A stretch of 64,000 bases of DNA from Bryobacterales bacterium (GTDB lineage: Bacteria > Acidobacteriota > Terriglobia > Bryobacterales > UBA6623): positions 831,430-895,429 of the forward strand of contig CBDBKC010000038.1 in the NCBI GenBank assembly GCA_965206655.1. The letters are read 5' to 3'. Shown here piece after piece: positions 59,691-64,000 of the stretch. The notes beneath the pieces are model-generated. The model saw only the letters and a program-made list of their open reading frames with translations, ran no database searches and was not told where the DNA came from. The stretch's first letter is position 1, and each line of letters starts with the position of its first letter. The position numbers and the translations under genes are program-made.

Positions 59691-60233
59691 ATGAGAATGA
59701 CGCGAACAAGAACAGTGTTTTCGACCCTGGTGTTGGTAGGCGCGCTTTGGCTGCCCTCGATGGCGCCCGCGCAGTCAAAGATCGGTATCGTCGATTTTCG
59801 CGGGGCGCTCCAGAACACCGCGGAGTTCAAAAAGAAGCTTGAGGCGCTCGAAGCTGAGTTTAAGCCGCGTCAGGACGAGCTGCAGCGGCTCAGCCGGGAG
59901 CTCCAGGAGATTCAGACCCAGTTGCAGAGCGCTCAGCCGCAGGATGGAGCGCGGCTGCAGGCCGATGGCCAGGCTAAACAGCGCGAAGCCCAGCGGTTAA
60001 ACGAAGACCTGCAAGCGGACGTGCGCTATGAGCAAGAAGATATGTTGCGTGGGGCCGCACAAAGAATGCGCGACGTGATCGCCAAGATCGCCGGCGAGAA
60101 GAGCCTCGAAGCAGTGATCAGCGCGGAGGCTCTCATCGATCCTTTCGAAGGCCGCGTGATGTATGTCGACGCGGCGATCGACCTGACGAACGCCGCGACA
60201 GCCGCCTACGATCTGGCTCACCCGCTTCAGTAG
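59691..60233 (+). CDS. skp: OmpH/Skp-family periplasmic chaperone
   Basis: Signal peptide then coiled-coil Lys/Glu/Gln-rich helices; position after rseP as in other bacteria. Confidence 0.65.
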   Translation: MRMTRTRTVFSTLVLVGALWLPSMAPAQSKIGIVDFRGALQNTAEFKKKLEALEAEFKPRQDELQRLSRELQEIQTQLQSAQPQDGARLQADGQAKQREAQRLNEDLQADVRYEQEDMLRGAAQRMRDVIAKIAGEKSLEAVISAEALIDPFEGRVMYVDAAIDLTNAATAAYDLAHPLQ

Positions 60234-60254
60234 CACCCATGGTCGGGCCGCGCT

Positions 60255-60671
60255 ATGTATCTCGATGAATACGGCCAGGGCGACATCCGGCGGGAGCGTT
60301 TCTTTAAGACACTCGTCGCGCTCCTACTCATCGCTATAGCGCTCGGCCTCATCTACTACGTTTTCTTCCGTAACTGGGTCGAAGAGCGACAGGCCCGGCT
60401 GTTCCTTTCCGCTCTCGATGAGCGACGCTATGAGCAGGCCTACGAATACTGGGGTTGCTCGATCAACGAGCCCTGTCGATTTTACTCGTACGAGAAGTTC
60501 CTCATCGATTGGGGCCCCGAAAGCGAACTGGGCGTCGTCAAGAGCTTTCGGTTAGGCAGGTCGTACAACCAGAAAACGGGCGTGATCGTAGAGATCACCG
60601 TCAACGGAGAGACTCGCGAGAACCTTTGGGTGGAGAGAGAGACGAAGTACGTGAGCTTTTTCCCGTACTAA
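60255..60671 (+). CDS. Hypothetical single-pass membrane protein
   Basis: 138 aa with one TM segment (LVALLLIAIALGLIYYVFF). Confidence 0.4.
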   Translation: MYLDEYGQGDIRRERFFKTLVALLLIAIALGLIYYVFFRNWVEERQARLFLSALDERRYEQAYEYWGCSINEPCRFYSYEKFLIDWGPESELGVVKSFRLGRSYNQKTGVIVEITVNGETRENLWVERETKYVSFFPY

Positions 60672-60737
60672 CCTGTTCTCGTCACCAGACGAGGCAGGCG
60701 TCCACATTGTGTATCATCACACGGAGCCAACCGCGCC

Positions 60738-61334
60738 GTGACGGTACAGCAATTTTCCTGGATCTCCTGCCGACTCCTCGCGGTGTACGCGGCTATTCGC
60801 GCCATCGCCCACCTCCCGCAAACAGCGGGTGCGGTCCGCTACGCCCTGGCCGCTCCAGCACAAGGACAGTTCGACGCTGCTTGGGTCACCCTCGCCGCCG
60901 GCCTGGCTACGGTGGTTTGGAACTGCACCGTGGCTTTGTTGTTGTGGCATCCGGGCCGATTCTTATCCGGGATCGTCTTTCGAGGGCTAGGCGCCGGACG
61001 GCCGACAAACAATAACTCTTCTTCAGCCGTCCCAGCCCTCGGAATCTCGCTACTCGGATCATTCGTACTGTTGTCCGCCGTACCGGAGCTGATCACGTCA
61101 CTGGTTTCCTACCTAACTGCCATCCAGTACATCAAGACGCAGTCCGGCACGACAAACATACTTGACGCCTCAAAATACCTACCGACCCTTCTCGCAGCAG
61201 TGAGTCAAGTCGTGTGTGGAGTCTTGCTTGTATCCATGGCCGGTAGCCTGGCTTCGGTCGTTCAGCGCTCTGGGGCAGGGACGCTTTCCGAAGAAAATGG
61301 CGCTCAAGGCTCTGATACAGGCGCGTCACTCTAA
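60738..61334 (+). CDS. Hypothetical 4-TM membrane protein (tandem paralog 1 of 3)
   Basis: 198 aa; four hydrophobic segments; similar size and topology to the next two ORFs. Confidence 0.4.
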   Translation: MTVQQFSWISCRLLAVYAAIRAIAHLPQTAGAVRYALAAPAQGQFDAAWVTLAAGLATVVWNCTVALLLWHPGRFLSGIVFRGLGAGRPTNNNSSSAVPALGISLLGSFVLLSAVPELITSLVSYLTAIQYIKTQSGTTNILDASKYLPTLLAAVSQVVCGVLLVSMAGSLASVVQRSGAGTLSEENGAQGSDTGASL

Positions 61335-61339
61335 GAGCG

Positions 61340-61906
61340 ATGACCGCCCGACTCGTCGCCGAACTCATTCTCCGATTCGTCGCGGTCAACCTCGCGGCTG
61401 GGGCGTTGAGAGGTCTGGCTAACATTGCTTCTACGCAGCTCATGGCGGAGCAGTGGTCCCGGGTTGTGCCGGGCATAGGATCCGTAGCGCCTCTCTTCTT
61501 CCTCCTTCCGCCGCTCTTCATCGCGGCCCTCGTCTGGCGCAACGCCGATGTGCTTTCAGAGATCGTCCTAAAGGAGTCTCCTCGCGAGACCTACGACTCT
61601 GGCAGACCGGATCCGGTGCTGCTCGAGACCGGGACCGTTTTGATCGGCGTTTGGGTCCTCGTGCAAGCGGCCCCGCTCGTTGTTGCGCAGGCCGTCGAAT
61701 ACGGAGCGACCGTCTACATCGACCACCCAGGGGCGGATCCCTGGACGGCGGCGCGCCTTCAGACGGCCTTGGGCGCGCTGGGGCAGTTTCTACTAGCAGC
61801 TTGGCTTGCGCTCGGAACACAGGGAGTAGGTGGGATCATCCGAGGGCTGCGCTCGGCCGGGGTGGCCCACCATTCCCGCGACTCGATCGACGAGGAGCAA
61901 GAATGA
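61340..61906 (+). CDS. Hypothetical 4-TM membrane protein (tandem paralog 2 of 3)
   Basis: 188 aa; acidic C-terminus; 6-bp spacing from the previous ORF. Confidence 0.4.
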   Translation: MTARLVAELILRFVAVNLAAGALRGLANIASTQLMAEQWSRVVPGIGSVAPLFFLLPPLFIAALVWRNADVLSEIVLKESPRETYDSGRPDPVLLETGTVLIGVWVLVQAAPLVVAQAVEYGATVYIDHPGADPWTAARLQTALGALGQFLLAAWLALGTQGVGGIIRGLRSAGVAHHSRDSIDEEQE

Positions 61907-62451
61907 CTCCGGCCCGCCTGGTGTGGCTTTGCTATCGCAGCGCGGCGCTACTGATCGCGAGTGCGGCCATTGCGATGTATTTCTCCGCGATCGGCTTCGC
62001 TCCGGCCTGGCCGAAGATGGGAGGTACCCTTCTCTGGCTTGCGAACTACCTTGTGACACTGATCGGGGGCCTGCTCATCGCCGCCGGCCTGTGGCGTGCG
62101 ACTGGCTGGCTGACGAACAAGACGGTACGCGGTCTTCCGTCAGAGAACGGGCACGACAGGATGGCCGTCACGGACTTTCTCGATATCGGCCTTGCCCTCA
62201 TCGGAATCTATACGGTCGTCTCTGCGCTGCCCGATTTAATCGAATCGTGCAATGCCTTGTATTCTTCCGCGCCCAATGACGAGTTCACCGCACGCCGCGA
62301 CCCCGCTACATTCGGCGGGATGGCCGGCGCGGTTATTCGGTTCCTGGCCGGCCTGTGGCTTGTTTTCGGCAGACGAGGAATCGTGGATGGGTTGACTCGA
62401 TTCCGAACCGCCCGCATGACAGATGAGGGACCAGGACCGGACGAGTCCTGA
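61903..62451 (+). CDS. Hypothetical 4-TM membrane protein (tandem paralog 3 of 3)
   Basis: ATGA overlap with the previous ORF; 182 aa; acidic C-terminus. Confidence 0.4.
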   Translation: MTPARLVWLCYRSAALLIASAAIAMYFSAIGFAPAWPKMGGTLLWLANYLVTLIGGLLIAAGLWRATGWLTNKTVRGLPSENGHDRMAVTDFLDIGLALIGIYTVVSALPDLIESCNALYSSAPNDEFTARRDPATFGGMAGAVIRFLAGLWLVFGRRGIVDGLTRFRTARMTDEGPGPDES

Positions 62452-62510
62452 TCCAGCCAAAGTGAAGAGTGTTGAGTCCGCGACAGCGCACATCAGCCAT
62501 TTCTGGGAAA

Positions 62511-64000
62511 ATGGGCGCCACGCGTCAAGCGTTTGGCATCGTCTTCGTTCTTGCTACTACGATTGGCGCGGCACTCGCCCAGCAGCCACCCTATCAGCCG
62601 ACGCCTCGAGAGCGGCAGGCGATTCAAGCGAAAGCGGAAGAGTTGGCGGAGCGGATATCCACCCTAAAAAATGGAAACGCGCACGCACGATTGTTAGCCG
62701 ACATAGAGATCCACCACAAAGCGGCTGAGTGGATACTGCGCTACCCGGAAGAGTTCTATCGGCGAGAGTACGTTCAGCACACGCTGGATTCCCTTGATAT
62801 CGGCCTGGCACGTGCCGCCGAACTAGCGCGCGGCAACCACGCCTGGACGTCACAAAAAGGCAGACTGGCGCGCGGCTATCGCTCCGAAGTGGACGGCAGT
62901 GTGCAGCCCTACGCCCTGTTGATTCCCGATTCGTACGACGGCTGGCGACCTGTGCGGCTGGACGTGATTCTGCATGGGCGCAATTCGCGCCTTACCGAAG
63001 CCTGGTTTATCGCTACTCATACGTCCGATGAACCGCTGCCGGAATCGCAAAATTACATTCAGCTCGAAGTGTTCGGACGCTTGAACAATGCCTTCCGTTG
63101 GGCGGGCGAGACGGATGTCTGGGAAGCGATCGCGGCGGTTGAGCGCGACTACAAGATCGACCCCGACCGTATCGTCGTGCGCGGCTTCTCGATGGGCGGG
63201 GCGGGCGCTTTTCACATGGGGTTGCATCATCCCGACCGCTGGGCGGCGGTCGAGGCGGGTGCTGGATTCACCGATACGATTCGCTATGCGCGATTGCAGA
63301 ATCTGCCGGAGCATCAGCGCCGAGCCCTGCGGATCTATGACGCGGACGACTATGCACTCAATGCGTTCAACGTTCCGCTCGTGGGGTATGGGGGAGACGA
63401 TGACCCGCAGATCCTGGCGGCGGACAATGTCCGGCAGCAACTGATGCGCGAGGGATTCCGGTTCGAGCCTGATGGGCTGAACTGGACCACGAAGGATTTG
63501 CGCGCAGTGTTTCTTGTCGCGCCGCGCACACCGCATCGCTTTCATCCCGATAGCAAGGTAGAGTCCAACGCATTCATGGATCCGATTGTGAAGAAGGGAC
63601 GGGTTGTTCCCGATCACATTCGATTTGTGACCTACACCCTTCGTTATCCGAAGAGCTTCTGGTTGGAGCTGGAGGCGCTGGAGAAACACTATGAACGCGC
63701 TGAGGTCGACGCACGGCGGAACACGGAAGCTTCACTAGTTACCCGCGTGACGGTGAAGACGCGGAACGTCACGATGTTCGCCCTCCGGGATTTGGAGGTA
63801 TCAACAAAAGTTGAAGTCGATGGCCAACTCGTACAGTTCCCGTCGGGTCTTGCGGCAAAGCCGGATCGAGTTCAGTTCGCGAAGGTCGGCGAGCGTTGGC
63901 AGGCAGTGAGCGCATTCGATAGTCCAAGCCGTCGCGGCCTCCGCAAGAAACCGGGGCTACAAGGGCCGATAGACGATGCGTTTCGGGAGGCGTTTCTTGG
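62511..64000 (+). CDS. Secreted alpha/beta-hydrolase (esterase/peptidase-like), partial (runs off the 3' end of the window)
   Basis: Open frame from ATG 62511 to the window end with no stop (hence absent from the ORF track); signal peptide MGATRQAFGIVFVLATTIGAALAQ; GFSMGGAG nucleophile elbow. Confidence 0.6.
   Translation, partial: MGATRQAFGIVFVLATTIGAALAQQPPYQPTPRERQAIQAKAEELAERISTLKNGNAHARLLADIEIHHKAAEWILRYPEEFYRREYVQHTLDSLDIGLARAAELARGNHAWTSQKGRLARGYRSEVDGSVQPYALLIPDSYDGWRPVRLDVILHGRNSRLTEAWFIATHTSDEPLPESQNYIQLEVFGRLNNAFRWAGETDVWEAIAAVERDYKIDPDRIVVRGFSMGGAGAFHMGLHHPDRWAAVEAGAGFTDTIRYARLQNLPEHQRRALRIYDADDYALNAFNVPLVGYGGDDDPQILAADNVRQQLMREGFRFEPDGLNWTTKDLRAVFLVAPRTPHRFHPDSKVESNAFMDPIVKKGRVVPDHIRFVTYTLRYPKSFWLELEALEKHYERAEVDARRNTEASLVTRVTVKTRNVTMFALRDLEVSTKVEVDGQLVQFPSGLAAKPDRVQFAKVGERWQAVSAFDSPSRRGLRKKPGLQGPIDDAFREAFL

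Noticed and set aside
62850-63689. 279-aa minus-strand ORF
   Set aside because: Overlaps the long plus-strand open frame (62511 to window end), which carries a signal peptide and a GxSxG hydrolase motif. The minus frame is likely spurious.

Overview
This is a high-GC (~62%) bacterial chromosomal window, probably from an Acidobacteria-like soil bacterium. That inference rests on Tat signal peptides (RRxFL) on many predicted enzymes, a DUF1501/DUF1553 pair, and Ser/Thr kinase + beta-propeller proteins.

From start to end the window contains:
- the gltB-gltD glutamate synthase operon, with a REP/RAYT 'REPtron' in the gltB-gltD intergenic gap;
- a Na+/solute symporter and an enolase-superfamily gene;
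- a translationally coupled glycosyltransferase (MshA-like GT4)-HAD phosphatase-PaaK-like ligase operon, divergent from a PIG-L/LmbE deacetylase gene;
- three paralogous Tat-exported SelA-like PLP enzymes, one of them frameshifted;
- a Hanks-type kinase fused to a TolB-like propeller;
- an IS91-family element carrying a tyrosine recombinase;
- htrA, coaE, a secreted sialidase, an acyl-CoA ligase and an SDR gene;
- a dense ~3.8 kb tRNA array of about 24 tRNA genes interleaved with a MITE-like palindromic repeat family, ending in a tRNA-Thr split by an IS630-family element with a -1 frameshift site;
- a block of predicted periplasmic PLP/RidA genes (Tat-DapA/NAL-like lyase, triple-RidA protein, Tat-DSD-like enzyme);
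- a DUF1553-DUF1501-PPC operon;
- a sugar-modification cluster (GT2, Gfo/Idh/MocA, LbH acetyltransferase) truncated by an IS4-family element that also truncates an MmeI-like type IIL restriction-modification gene;
- the dxr-rseP-skp locus, a tandem trio of 4-TM paralogs, and a secreted alpha/beta hydrolase running off the 3' end.

The most unusual signals are inside the tRNA array. Four tRNAs lack the D-loop GG and have G at T-loop position 55. Two class-I (short variable arm) tRNAs carry leucine anticodons (CAA and UAG). A single-nucleotide frameshift interrupts SelA-like paralog 1 near 16030.

All calls come from reading the sequence and ORF translations by eye; no database searches were possible.
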